From positions 1-64,000 of the IMG/VR virus record IMGVR_UViG_3300008267_000054: a stretch of 64,000 nucleotides of DNA. One strand, 5' to 3'. The position numbers and the translations under genes were made by a program. The notes under the pieces were generated by a model, which saw only the letters and a list, made by a program, of their open reading frames with translations, made no database searches and had not been told where the DNA came from. Each line of letters starts with the position of its first letter. Positions within the stretch are counted from its first letter, which is position 1. The DNA comes from a virus. Positions 16,610 to 27,129 of the stretch are shown here, in pieces.

Positions 16610-16798
16610 ATGAAGAGCAAAAGTTATGTTGAAGATCAGCTTAATAAAGCAGAATCAAACCTCAGCAATCTAATAAACGATCTAGACAACCAAAGACCAT
16701 ATGTTACAAAGCAGTACATCATGGAAAGGTTGGAACAAATCAAAAAAAGTATTATCTTAACACAAAACAGAATTGTATTAGAGGATGAAAACCCTTGA
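16610..16798 (+). CDS. Hypothetical helical protein
   Basis: Tightly packed ORF. Confidence 0.65.
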   Translation: MKSKSYVEDQLNKAESNLSNLINDLDNQRPYVTKQYIMERLEQIKKSIILTQNRIVLEDENP

Positions 16799-17189
16799 GT
16801 GTAGCAGTTGTGGCTTAGAGATCAAAGTATCTAATGATGTACTAAGTGTTTTATGTAGTTATTGTATTAATGAAATGTCAATAGCTAACGAACCACTAGT
16901 ACAGAAAAAGAAAGCTGGATATCCAAAAGGTTGGCGCTTTATGACTGAGTTTGTACACACAGATGGTACTGTATATCATAAGGGAGTAGAGCAACCTGGT
17001 TTAAAAGGTACACTCAAGCCAACTGAAGTAGTTGCAAAACCAAAGCTTTCAAAGAAACAAAAAGAAGAACAGAAACTATCTCTGATAGAGGAATACGCAG
17101 TCTTGAAAAAGAAGCTAAAGTCTGAGAAGAGGAAAACCGTTCGTAAAAAAATTGAATTAAGATTAAATAAATTATCAAAACTAATATAA
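16785..17189 (+). CDS. Zinc-ribbon protein with basic coiled tail
   Basis: CSSC...CSYC; GYPKGWRFMTEFVHTDG. Confidence 0.75.
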   Translation: MKTLECSSCGLEIKVSNDVLSVLCSYCINEMSIANEPLVQKKKAGYPKGWRFMTEFVHTDGTVYHKGVEQPGLKGTLKPTEVVAKPKLSKKQKEEQKLSLIEEYAVLKKKLKSEKRKTVRKKIELRLNKLSKLI

Positions 17190-17192
17190 GTT

Positions 17193-17921
17193 ATGCAGTT
17201 AACAGCTGAGCAGTTGGTAGAAAACTACGACAAATTTTTAGAGTACATAGATCTCCACGTTACCGGTGAGAGGCAATCACAACTAAGACAATTATATCTT
17301 GATCATCAAGAGCGTATTATGTTGATGCCAGCTTCTTCTAAGGAGCATCACCACAACGCATTTCCAGGTGGATATGTACTACACGTTATGAATGTGATAG
17401 AAGCTGGGTTCAAGGTTATTGATACCTGGAAAGCAATGGGAGCAACCATTGACTTTACTACAGAGGAATTTGTATTTGCAGCTATTAACCACGATCTAGG
17501 TAAGATTGGTGATGAGGATAATGAAATGTACATTCCTCAAGATTCTGATTGGCATCGTAAAAATCAAGGAGCTTTATATAAAATGAATCCATTGCCGGAG
17601 TTTATGTTAATTCCAGACCGTAGTTTATTTTTACTACAGCAAAGAGGGATTAAAGTATCCTTGAAAGAGTGGTTTGGTATTAAATTGCATGATGGTTTAT
17701 ATGATGAGTCTAATAAGCCATATTATATTGCCTTTGATAAGAACGCTCGGTTAAGATCAAATTTACCTTACATATTACATCAGGCAGATAGTATTGCAGC
17801 AAAGATTGAATATGAGCAGTGGTTAGCAGGATCAACAAAACCAAAAATTAATGTATCAAAAGATACGACTGATCCACATAAGCAGGAATTGATGAATGTT
17901 TTTAATGATCTATTTAAATGA
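17193..17921 (+). CDS. HD-domain phosphohydrolase (YhaM-like HD)
   Basis: HHNAFPGGYVLH, NHDLGK, LHDG, LHQAD. Confidence 0.88.
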   Translation: MQLTAEQLVENYDKFLEYIDLHVTGERQSQLRQLYLDHQERIMLMPASSKEHHHNAFPGGYVLHVMNVIEAGFKVIDTWKAMGATIDFTTEEFVFAAINHDLGKIGDEDNEMYIPQDSDWHRKNQGALYKMNPLPEFMLIPDRSLFLLQQRGIKVSLKEWFGIKLHDGLYDESNKPYYIAFDKNARLRSNLPYILHQADSIAAKIEYEQWLAGSTKPKINVSKDTTDPHKQELMNVFNDLFK

Positions 17922-18220
17922 TATACCTACTAATATTCTTTATATTAACAACAGCAGCACTTGGATATCTGAGTTATGTTAACTATATTAAGTATACAAA
18001 AGTATTAAAGTATAGTGAAGCATATGTACTGTTTGTATCTAATCTATGGTATAGATTTAATGATACTAAAACTAAGATGGAAGAGATTGATCATAGAGGA
18101 TCTTTTAGAGCCGATGACGAAGTTGGACATACGTTTACATCACTACAAGAATGTATAAACGACTTATATGAATTTATCACAAAATATGTCAACAAAGAGG
18201 AAGCCAAAGAGCAAAAGTAA
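17918..18220 (+). CDS. Membrane protein
   Basis: N-terminal TM; GSFRADDEVG. Confidence 0.75.
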   Translation: MIYLLIFFILTTAALGYLSYVNYIKYTKVLKYSEAYVLFVSNLWYRFNDTKTKMEEIDHRGSFRADDEVGHTFTSLQECINDLYEFITKYVNKEEAKEQK

Positions 18221-18890
18221 GAAAATGTATTTTGGGCCTGAGGTTGAACAGGCTATAATTAGGTACAATCTGTGTGACGATCAAATGGAGAGAAGCAGAA
18301 TCTACGATATCGAGATTAAGTACGCTTTTGAGAAATTAACAGAAAACATTATACACACCTTCAAGTTTTATTATACCGATGGCCAAGACATTAAAACTGT
18401 ACAGCACGATGTTATATCTTTCTTGATTGAGAAGTTACCAAAATTCACAGCTGATAAGGGAAAAGCTTTTAGTTATTTTTCAATAGTTGCTAAGAATTAT
18501 TTGATTCTACAAAACAACAAAAACTTCAAGAAGCTAGTAGACACCACTACAATAGACACTGTATCAGATACAATAGAGTCAACAACTAGTGGTAATACGG
18601 AACTGGATAAGTTTATGTACCACTACATTGGTTACTGGGATAATAATCTAGATAAACATTTTCCAAGAAAACAAGATCGTCAAGTAGCTGCTGCACTAGT
18701 TGAGCTTTTTAGAAAAAGAGAGTCTTTGGAAATTTTCAATAAAAAGGCACTATACATTTACATTAGAGAAATGTCAAACGCATCAACACAGCAGATAACT
18801 AAAATGGTTAAGGTTATGCGAGAAAAGTATGTAAAGCTGTACAGTGCTTATTTAGAGCATGACTACATACCAACCAATAGAGATTATTAA
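18186..18890 (+). CDS. Late-transcription sigma factor, T4 gp55-like
   Basis: KLPKFTADKGKAFSYFSIVAKNYLI resembles gp55 region 2 (NPFAYFTQI); lies just upstream of the structural module. Confidence 0.75.
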   Translation: MSTKRKPKSKSKKMYFGPEVEQAIIRYNLCDDQMERSRIYDIEIKYAFEKLTENIIHTFKFYYTDGQDIKTVQHDVISFLIEKLPKFTADKGKAFSYFSIVAKNYLILQNNKNFKKLVDTTTIDTVSDTIESTTSGNTELDKFMYHYIGYWDNNLDKHFPRKQDRQVAAALVELFRKRESLEIFNKKALYIYIREMSNASTQQITKMVKVMREKYVKLYSAYLEHDYIPTNRDY

Positions 18891-19144
18891 TGCTAATCAT
18901 AGTCAAATATGAGGAGTTAAAAGAATTGCTTGATAGCAATTTAGAGGCCTGGATGCAAGTTAATGGTGGGCCTAATTTGGATGCTTTTGAATTTGATCCA
19001 AACACAGTTGATAAGTCTGTTCTAGATGCGAAAGGATATTACACAGATAGGGATTCGTGGATATCAGGTGTACAGATAAAAAAATTACGTAATTACTTAG
19101 AGCAACATCTTGCTAATCCAATAAAAGCAGCACAAAATAGTTAG
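18890..19144 (+). CDS. Hypothetical protein
   Basis: TAATG coupling. Confidence 0.65.
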   Translation: MLIIVKYEELKELLDSNLEAWMQVNGGPNLDAFEFDPNTVDKSVLDAKGYYTDRDSWISGVQIKKLRNYLEQHLANPIKAAQNS

Positions 19145-19169
19145 CAGCCTATTTATTATAAAAGTAGGT

Positions 19170-19511
19170 ATGAATACTGATTTTATTGTTTTTGATGACA
19201 AGAAGTTTTCGGATCTTTTACGAGATATTTACATTAACTCAAAAAAGAAAGAAACACAAATTAATGGTTTAATTGATGGACTAAAACCATTGATTAAAAA
19301 CGTAGCAGATGCATCTATGATGGTACCTCTAATAAAGGAGTATCTGGAGGTATCAGTTAAAAATGATGAACACCTAGTTAGATTAGCTAGCATCGTGCAG
19401 AGGCTGTTAATAGCTGCTGATAAGGGTGATAAAGATGATGGATTGTTATCAGATGCAGAACGCAGACAGCTACTAAGCGAAGCACAGGACTTACTAGATA
19501 AAAATAAATAA
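19170..19511 (+). CDS. Hypothetical helical protein at the start of the baseplate operon
   Basis: TATTTATT at 19150-19157; PLIKEYLEVSVKNDEHLVRLA. Confidence 0.8.
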   Translation: MNTDFIVFDDKKFSDLLRDIYINSKKKETQINGLIDGLKPLIKNVADASMMVPLIKEYLEVSVKNDEHLVRLASIVQRLLIAADKGDKDDGLLSDAERRQLLSEAQDLLDKNK

Positions 19512-21037
19512 TGTCTGGTAATGGCTCATACTTTAAAGGGTGGTCTAGTACACTACCTCGAATACCAAGTGGCTTACCTTACCAAGGCAGTAGTTGGTTA
19601 AGGATTGGCCAAGTATTGAGTATAGATTATAAAAATGACATTGGTAAAATTCGTGTAAGATTATTTGGCATATCTAAAGAGGATAATGACGATGATGTAA
19701 ACGTTGTAGCTTATCCCGCAGATATGAACATGGTTAAATATCCTATACCGGGTGAGTTAGTGCAACTAGTTGTTGGACTACAATCTCAGACAAGAAAATC
19801 AAAGTTTACTAGCACCTATTATTATATTAGTGTATTTGCAACTAATAGAAGCATAACTTTTAACAGCGATCCTTACATTGGACGTACATTACCAGCTAAT
19901 ATAGCAGAACTAACCTACTTTACACCAGACTACGAAAGTAGATTTGAACGTAAGATACAGAGTTTAGACTCCTTTATAACAAAAAAAGATATAGGTAATG
20001 TTATAAAAGATAAACCACTACTAAGGCCAAGTGAAGGAGATATTATAATTCAAGGAAGATTTGGATCAAGAGTTAGATTAGGTAGTACATCTGTCGCTGT
20101 TGATCTACTAAGCTTGTTAGAGGATGGTGTACCTAATGAGTGGTCTGAGAGAGGAGGAGCAGCAGGAGATCCAATAGTTATTTTATCGGCAGATAGAGCT
20201 ACAACTGGCAAAGTTGTTTACGAGGAATCTGATAATATCGATTCAGTTGTGTATATATCATCACAACAAACTGTACCAGTATCTCTTTCAACATCAGCAC
20301 AACTTAAATCACACCTCTATTTATATAATATACAGGATGCTGATGCTATAGACGATCAAACAGACTTTATGGAATCAAAACCAGAACCACCTCAATTATC
20401 TTACGCAATCGTGAATACAACATTAAATTGGACAGGAACATATGATACCGCTAACTTTGGTAAGTTGGTTGGTATTGTTATAGATAATTTTGAAGGAGGT
20501 TACTATCATCCAAATATGTTACGAGATGGTAGAGTCAATGATAGTAGATATAGTTCTAGTGGAGAGACTATGTTTGGCATAGACAGAAAGACTGGAGGCA
20601 CACTCAATACATCACCAGCTGGCCAAAAGTTTTGGAGTTTAATAGACGAAGCCGGTGCAGCAGATGAATGGCAGTGGAACTACTTTGGAGGTGACTTGCA
20701 ACCACAATTAAAGGAATTAGTAGGTCAGATGATGGAACCGCATTATATGTCCCTACTATCACAGAGGCTGTCACCAGCTGAAATTAAGATAGTAAATAGT
20801 GATCCACGATTAATTATGCACTTTGTATATGCATCTTGGAATGGTGCAGGTTGGTTTAAGAAATTTGCTAACGATGTTAAGGAGGCTATTCAAGCTGGTA
20901 TAACTGATTTAAATCAATTAGCTGCTATAACAATTAAATCTAGAGTTGAAGAGGGTCTACAAAAGGGTAAAGCACCAAATAGCTTGATAGCACAGGGTGG
21001 CAAAAAAATGCAAGAACTTTACACAAGATTAGCATAA
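19511..21037 (+). CDS. gp5-like baseplate spike paralog 1 with C-terminal GH108-like lysozyme
   Basis: OB-fold-like IGKIRVRL...KYPIPGELV; IQGRFGS; C-terminal FEGGYY...SGETMFGID. Confidence 0.72.
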   Translation: MSGNGSYFKGWSSTLPRIPSGLPYQGSSWLRIGQVLSIDYKNDIGKIRVRLFGISKEDNDDDVNVVAYPADMNMVKYPIPGELVQLVVGLQSQTRKSKFTSTYYYISVFATNRSITFNSDPYIGRTLPANIAELTYFTPDYESRFERKIQSLDSFITKKDIGNVIKDKPLLRPSEGDIIIQGRFGSRVRLGSTSVAVDLLSLLEDGVPNEWSERGGAAGDPIVILSADRATTGKVVYEESDNIDSVVYISSQQTVPVSLSTSAQLKSHLYLYNIQDADAIDDQTDFMESKPEPPQLSYAIVNTTLNWTGTYDTANFGKLVGIVIDNFEGGYYHPNMLRDGRVNDSRYSSSGETMFGIDRKTGGTLNTSPAGQKFWSLIDEAGAADEWQWNYFGGDLQPQLKELVGQMMEPHYMSLLSQRLSPAEIKIVNSDPRLIMHFVYASWNGAGWFKKFANDVKEAIQAGITDLNQLAAITIKSRVEEGLQKGKAPNSLIAQGGKKMQELYTRLA

Positions 21038-21040
21038 ACT

Positions 21041-22447
21041 ATGTCAGTAGGAAACGGATCATATTTTAAAGGTTGGGCAAGTACACTACCTTATATACCA
21101 TCGACACCAGTTGGTAGTGATTACCGTGAGATATTTTTAGGTCATGTTTTGGATATTGACTATGCAAGTGAGATTGGTAAAGTGAGAGTTAGACTTGTTG
21201 GTATTTCAAAAGAAGCAACTGATGATGAAATAACAGTCTATGCATACCCTGCAGATTTAAACATTGTAAAATATCCACTACCAGGTGAATTAGTTTACAT
21301 TGTTGAGGGATTACAGAGCAACACATACAAAGGTAAATTTGCTACAACATACTATTACATTGCAACAGTGACTAGTAATAGAAGTATCACTTTTAATAGT
21401 GATCCTTATATAGGTCAAACCGTACCAGATAAAATTGCATCAACTATATACACACCTGAGTATGAAAGTAGATTTGAAAAGAAACTAGATTCTCTAGAAA
21501 GTTTTATACAAGGTGGTAAAACGGTAAAGCAAAAGGCACCATTAAGACCATATGAAGGAGACTTTATCTTACAAGGTAGATTTGGTTCATCACTGAGACT
21601 TAGTAGTACTAGCACATCAAAAGTTAATGAGTGGTCGCAAAATGGTGGAGCAGCTGGTAATCCTATAATGATATTATCAGTAAACAGAGCTGATACATCA
21701 GATACACGTACTGAGAAAGTTAACGAACTTGATTCAGCATTATATCTATGTACATCACAAGCCATACCAATTAAAATAGCATCATCACAGGATCTTAAAT
21801 CACATCTATACAAATATGATATAAAATCAAATCAAGGAGATCTATTTCAATCTGTAGATGATTTAACAAAAGCACTAGAAACATCAGAACAAGAGGCAGT
21901 AGAGGCAGAAAGAGATAATGCTGGTTATGATACGGGTAATGTTGATCCAAATCTACCAGCAGGGACTAACGGTAATCTAAATCCAACACAATTAAAGACA
22001 ACATCTATAGGTATTAAATTAGAAGCAGAGGCCGCTGATGCTTTAGATAGACTAATAGCAGCTGCAAGAGCAGATGGTGTACCTGACATAGGTGCATCAG
22101 GAGGATATAGATCCTATAGCAAGCAACAAGATATATTTGATTGGGATTTATATATTGCAACGGGAGGATCTCGTACAGATGTTAAACCTGCTAGTGGTGC
22201 TAAGAGAAAGAAAAAAGGTACAAATGGAACAGTCGCAGTAGCATTTCCAGGAACATCTAATCATGGATGGGGTAAAGCTATAGATGCATCTGGTAAAAAA
22301 TTCAAAAAGTGGTTGAAAGTGAATGGATGGAAATATGGTTGGTCTTGGTATGAGGGTAAGTCTGTGGGTGAGGATTGGCACTTTACTTATACAACAGATG
22401 CATCTAAACTTAAAAGCTACGTAAATTACACTGACTGGAATACATAA
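21041..22447 (+). CDS. gp5-like baseplate spike paralog 2 with C-terminal M15B (VanY-like) peptidase
   Basis: N-terminal region paralogous to 19511; GYRSYSKQ...PGTSNHGWGKAID...EDWHFTY. Confidence 0.78.
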   Translation: MSVGNGSYFKGWASTLPYIPSTPVGSDYREIFLGHVLDIDYASEIGKVRVRLVGISKEATDDEITVYAYPADLNIVKYPLPGELVYIVEGLQSNTYKGKFATTYYYIATVTSNRSITFNSDPYIGQTVPDKIASTIYTPEYESRFEKKLDSLESFIQGGKTVKQKAPLRPYEGDFILQGRFGSSLRLSSTSTSKVNEWSQNGGAAGNPIMILSVNRADTSDTRTEKVNELDSALYLCTSQAIPIKIASSQDLKSHLYKYDIKSNQGDLFQSVDDLTKALETSEQEAVEAERDNAGYDTGNVDPNLPAGTNGNLNPTQLKTTSIGIKLEAEAADALDRLIAAARADGVPDIGASGGYRSYSKQQDIFDWDLYIATGGSRTDVKPASGAKRKKKGTNGTVAVAFPGTSNHGWGKAIDASGKKFKKWLKVNGWKYGWSWYEGKSVGEDWHFTYTTDASKLKSYVNYTDWNT

Positions 22448-22464
22448 AATAAAATTATCATAAC

Positions 22465-23268
22465 ATGGAGTTGCAAGCAAAGGTAGATAAACTATTCCAA
22501 GTAAATCTAACTGGTCAAGAGACACAAAAATCAATTAAGGACGTACTGCAGTTAAATAAAGCAGATGGTGGTCATAGAAATAGCTATGCTAATGGCAGCT
22601 CGGTTATTATCAATTCAGACAGATTGATTTTTAATGCTAAAAAAGATCATTTATTTTTATGTGGTAATGAGGGTGTAACAATAACATCACCAAAATCAGT
22701 GCACATTGATGCAGATGATGACGTTTACATATTTTCAAATACTGGAGAGATTTATTTGGGTTTGCCAAACAGAGGTGAAAAATATGATCAATTACCAGCA
22801 CCAAAAACAAAAGCAGATGCAACTCAAAATTTTGCTTATGAGCCAATGGTATTAGGTTTAAAGTTAGCTAACTTACTAGAAGACTTTATTGTGTTAATGA
22901 GGGATTCTGTAATTAGAACACCATCAGGTGATGGTAGAATGTCTGTCGAGATGATGTACAATCTAGAAAGTTTGCAATCAAGAATACCTGAAATGTTATC
23001 TACTGTAGCCTTTATAGAGGGTATTTCTCACGATAAACCAGATGCAGCACCACAAGTGCCAGCTACTGATCCATCTCAATTACCAATACCATATGTACAA
23101 ACTGAAAATGTAGCAGTAACACCTGGAAATACAACGTCAGGTACAACAACATCAACAACAAACACAAATTTAAATAATACAGTAGCCCCAGTAGTTATCA
23201 CGCAAAATCTACTTAATTCAATACAATCCTCAATGGCAAATAATCCAGACGGACCAATTACACAATAA
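22465..23268 (+). CDS. gp5 C-terminal (beta-helix/spike)-like protein
   Basis: VIINSDRLIFNAKKDHLFL...SVHIDA...IYLG...EPMVLG. Confidence 0.6.
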   Translation: MELQAKVDKLFQVNLTGQETQKSIKDVLQLNKADGGHRNSYANGSSVIINSDRLIFNAKKDHLFLCGNEGVTITSPKSVHIDADDDVYIFSNTGEIYLGLPNRGEKYDQLPAPKTKADATQNFAYEPMVLGLKLANLLEDFIVLMRDSVIRTPSGDGRMSVEMMYNLESLQSRIPEMLSTVAFIEGISHDKPDAAPQVPATDPSQLPIPYVQTENVAVTPGNTTSGTTTSTTNTNLNNTVAPVVITQNLLNSIQSSMANNPDGPITQ

Positions 23269-23269
23269 T

Positions 23270-23815
23270 ATGAAATTTGTTAAATATCACAATGTTGTAG
23301 TACCATCACAAGTGAAGGATAGCTTTACACAACTTGCAGAAAGTGTGTATGGTAATTTAGGCTTTGTTATTGAACCGATGGATGGATTTCAAACAAAAGA
23401 GCAGATTATACAACAATTAAGAGCTAGAATAAAGAACCCAGATAGACTAAAGGTAGATGATGATGAGTATGTCGAAATACTAGCAAGAACATCACCTCTT
23501 AGTTTTGAACCACCACTCACAGGAAACACAACAGCATTGAGAGATTCAAGCAGTCAAGAGGTGGTTTTTACCATACCAAATGCAGTTCCTGGTGATCCTA
23601 GAGTAAGTGGTAGGATAGTTCAAATAGGACCAAAAAATTTAATTAATCCAACTCTGTTATATTACTTAGTACAAAATGCTGGATCCTTTGGTTTTATACA
23701 TTATGGCCCAAAAGATCCATCTATATGGTATTGGAGAGGTGATAAAGCACCATTTGTATATACACCAACAGAAACTGTTACAACCTTCACAAACGAACTA
23801 ACATACTTGTTATAA
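23270..23815 (+). CDS. Degenerate M15/VanY-like protein
   Basis: DGFQT..Q and YLVQNAGSFGF...DPSIWYWRG align with VanY motifs but lack zinc ligands. Confidence 0.5.
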   Translation: MKFVKYHNVVVPSQVKDSFTQLAESVYGNLGFVIEPMDGFQTKEQIIQQLRARIKNPDRLKVDDDEYVEILARTSPLSFEPPLTGNTTALRDSSSQEVVFTIPNAVPGDPRVSGRIVQIGPKNLINPTLLYYLVQNAGSFGFIHYGPKDPSIWYWRGDKAPFVYTPTETVTTFTNELTYLL

Positions 23816-26670
23816 TGCCAATAAATTTTGAGTTAACATTTACCCAGCCGTTCTTAAGCCAACTAGACACGGGACAGCCTAAAGGTAGTGCTGACATGGC
23901 TCGTTTTATAACTCAAAATTATGTTAGGACACTAAGAACAGGATTACCAGGAGGAGGTACATTACCACCAGCATTACCTGCACCAGCTTTAGGAACCCCA
24001 CCACCACCTTTTCCAATACCAAGCGTACCGGTAAATAATATCAGTGTTAGGCAAAGAGCAATGCAGCGTATATTGCAAACATACTTTGAAGCAAGAGAGA
24101 TATTAATGATGCAGGGTGACATAAAATCAACAATTAAGTCCATTGCATTATTGGTAAAAAAGGTTGCAACGTTTAGGCAGCAGATTAACCAATTAATATC
24201 GAGAGCAGTTAGTATACAGAGACAGCTGGCAGACTTACCAAGTTTATTAGAAGAAATAAAAAATGCATTAATTGAGGTTGTAGAAAGAGAGCTTACTACA
24301 CTTGAATCGCTTTTTCTTGGTATTGATAAGTTTCGATTAACGCTAACAACGGCAGAATTCGATGCTAGATTTAGCAATGAATTGGAGTTGATCAGAACTA
24401 TTAGAAATTTTAAAATAACATTAAACATAAAAGATTACCAGGTATTTGCAGAAGTATTAAACACGTTAGATTACAGAATATCTCAGCTTCCATCAGCGGA
24501 AGATGGATCTGAGGAGGAAGCTTTTAAGAAGTTCTTAGCCCAACAAATACAAGCATCATTGAAGATTATTGTTAATGTAGCTAATTCATTTATCGCACCA
24601 GAACAGTATGTAGGATACTTTAGGGATTTAGCTAATGTAGATACAAAACTAACACCAGTATTATTGGTTTTGTACAGATATAGTGCTATAAAAAAGAAGC
24701 TTGAACCACAATTTATTAAGCTAAGAAGAAAGATTCAAGAATTTATATTGAGGTTAACAACAAAAGTAGAACAAAAGTTAGCTGAAAAAAAGTTACAGTT
24801 AAAGGAAAAGCTTAAAAAACTTGCAAACAAACAAGCTGGTACTGGAAAAAAGAGCATATATGCAAAAGCCGGTAAGATAATAAGTGACTTTAAGAAAAAA
24901 TATCTGAAAAAAATAAAGCAAGTAAGATCAACAATTACTGATGTTCAACTTATAATAACAGCTGCACAGAGACTTATAGTAAATGCTACTAGATTTAGAG
25001 GTGATTTGGAGCGATTTGCACTTGGTGGTTTTGAAGACTATATTAATAGAACAATACAAGAGGCATTATACACATTAACACCACAGGCCAGTAATCAGGC
25101 AGTGTTAATGGAGATGAATAACATATACAGTGATATAGGATTAAAAAATCCTCAAATACAGCGAGCAATAAATAAAGTTGTAATAGATAAAGCTGTATCA
25201 CCTTTTGTCTTTTTAGAATACCTACAACAAAAACCAACCGATGCAATTATAGTTCTTGAGACATTTGCATCTCTAGCCAAAGACGTAGTTTTCTTAACAG
25301 AAAAGGTTCAAAATCTTGTAAACAAAAAATCAACTAGAAATAAAAATACATATATTGGTCCACCAACAATAAAAGACCCAACAGTGGGTGATGTGCTAAT
25401 ACTAGCAATTAAGCAACTTGAAGATCAAATAAGAAAGTTACAAAAAAAGCTTGGAGATTTCATAGCAAAGCAGGAAGCAGCTCTAAATAAGACAATTCAA
25501 CGAATAAAAGACGATGTTGAAATGAAACTTATAATGCTTATACCATTAAAGAGTGATTTAAAGGATGGTAAAACTAAGGCAGAAATTCTACAAGCAAAAA
25601 AGACTAAACTCAAAAATACAAAAAATAAAATAAAAGCAACGCTTAAAACAATAAACACATTTACAACAAAAATAATACCAGGTGCAACAAAGATAGCTGA
25701 AAACTTACTAAACCAAAATTGGAGATATACAGCAAATGAGGGACCTTTAACATCGCTAATAGATGGTGTTTTTGATGTAAAAAAGTTGTATGTATTAACC
25801 GGAGCCGAAAGACGTACACTTGATCTGAGGCAAAATAAATTAAAAGATGATATCAAGGCTTATTACTTTGGTTTGGAGTTATTACTTGATCTCTTTATTA
25901 ACATAGCAACACAAATGTCTAGCACTAACTTCCTACAAGACTTTGCCGACAGACTTGGTAGCAGATTATCCCAGGGGTATGTTGATTTTTATAATAAACT
26001 AAAACAGATACCGGGTTTAAGAAATGCTAGTCCAAAGCAGATTGTGGAGTTTTTTGAAGATAGATCCTCTTTTCGAGTACTAGAGAAATCATACATTAGA
26101 ACACTACTTAGTGATTTGGAAGCAACTTATTTTGCCGAGAGTAGAGCCTTTTTACAACAGTTTGCAAAAAATCCATTAGCAGAGAAATTGTTTCCAGGTA
26201 TATCAATGTCTGCGGATATAATGCTTGTTACAATATTTGAAGGCATAAAAAAGTTAGCCAATAGCATTAAAACAGAACTGAATAAATTGTATACTAATAC
26301 AGTTAAACCTTTATTTGATAAAATAAACGAGAAACGAAAGAAAATAAAAAAAGATATTGAGGATTGGTTGAAAGAACACGTTGTTAAAAGAGCACTTAAT
26401 TTAGATTTAAAACTAATGAGTATAGCCTTTAATTTAGCAACTAGAGCTTTTTGGACAGGCTTTAGTTGGACAGCTGTTAACGGTGTTAGATATACTTGTT
26501 TGAATATAATACCATTTAAACCATTACTAGCAAAACCGGACGAAGGAGCATCTAGGCTGGTGAGAGAGGTCGCAACAAATCTTAATCTACAATTAATAAC
26601 TATGAATGGATTAGTTTCACCACCCCCACCTACAGGTATCCCACCTTTCCCATTTGTAGGATATAGATAA
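23815..26670 (+). CDS. Large helical virion-associated protein
   Basis: 951 aa; Lys/Leu-rich helical core between Pro-rich termini; inside baseplate operon. Confidence 0.6.
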   Translation: MPINFELTFTQPFLSQLDTGQPKGSADMARFITQNYVRTLRTGLPGGGTLPPALPAPALGTPPPPFPIPSVPVNNISVRQRAMQRILQTYFEAREILMMQGDIKSTIKSIALLVKKVATFRQQINQLISRAVSIQRQLADLPSLLEEIKNALIEVVERELTTLESLFLGIDKFRLTLTTAEFDARFSNELELIRTIRNFKITLNIKDYQVFAEVLNTLDYRISQLPSAEDGSEEEAFKKFLAQQIQASLKIIVNVANSFIAPEQYVGYFRDLANVDTKLTPVLLVLYRYSAIKKKLEPQFIKLRRKIQEFILRLTTKVEQKLAEKKLQLKEKLKKLANKQAGTGKKSIYAKAGKIISDFKKKYLKKIKQVRSTITDVQLIITAAQRLIVNATRFRGDLERFALGGFEDYINRTIQEALYTLTPQASNQAVLMEMNNIYSDIGLKNPQIQRAINKVVIDKAVSPFVFLEYLQQKPTDAIIVLETFASLAKDVVFLTEKVQNLVNKKSTRNKNTYIGPPTIKDPTVGDVLILAIKQLEDQIRKLQKKLGDFIAKQEAALNKTIQRIKDDVEMKLIMLIPLKSDLKDGKTKAEILQAKKTKLKNTKNKIKATLKTINTFTTKIIPGATKIAENLLNQNWRYTANEGPLTSLIDGVFDVKKLYVLTGAERRTLDLRQNKLKDDIKAYYFGLELLLDLFINIATQMSSTNFLQDFADRLGSRLSQGYVDFYNKLKQIPGLRNASPKQIVEFFEDRSSFRVLEKSYIRTLLSDLEATYFAESRAFLQQFAKNPLAEKLFPGISMSADIMLVTIFEGIKKLANSIKTELNKLYTNTVKPLFDKINEKRKKIKKDIEDWLKEHVVKRALNLDLKLMSIAFNLATRAFWTGFSWTAVNGVRYTCLNIIPFKPLLAKPDEGASRLVREVATNLNLQLITMNGLVSPPPPTGIPPFPFVGYR

Positions 26671-26700
26671 AATTGTTAAACAAACTATTTATAAAGAAAG

Positions 26701-27129
26701 ATGAATACAAAAGATTTTATTAAGGCGTTAAGAGCAGTCATTAGAGAGGAAGTAAGAGCAGCTGTTAGATTGGAAATGAAAACAATCTTAATGGAAGCTA
26801 AACAGCAGCCTCAAAGATCAGCTACACAAAAACCATTAGTACAACATAAGCAAACAACTACTAAAACAATAACTGGTAATCCAGTACTGGATCAGGTACT
26901 TAGTGAAACAACACTAACATCTGATTTTAGGCAATCGGCAGATGTAACTTATGATGAATTCAACTTTACATCAAAGGACGTATCAGCACCGTTGAGTATG
27001 ATGAATATGGATATAAGTGAAGACATCGAACAAGATATACCAACAAGTGCAGGTAGCTTACCTTTTATGAAAGATTATTCTCAACTAATGAAAAAAGCTG
27101 ATCAAATAGCAACACAAAAACAATTCTAA
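26701..27129 (+). CDS. Hypothetical late protein
   Basis: TATTTATA at 26686-26693; KALRAVIREEVR leader. Confidence 0.75.
   Translation: MNTKDFIKALRAVIREEVRAAVRLEMKTILMEAKQQPQRSATQKPLVQHKQTTTKTITGNPVLDQVLSETTLTSDFRQSADVTYDEFNFTSKDVSAPLSMMNMDISEDIEQDIPTSAGSLPFMKDYSQLMKKADQIATQKQF

Noticed and set aside
23815-26670. Calling the 951-aa helical protein the tape measure protein
   Set aside because: No adjacent tube, sheath or chaperone genes, and its composition is Lys-rich rather than Ala/Gly-rich
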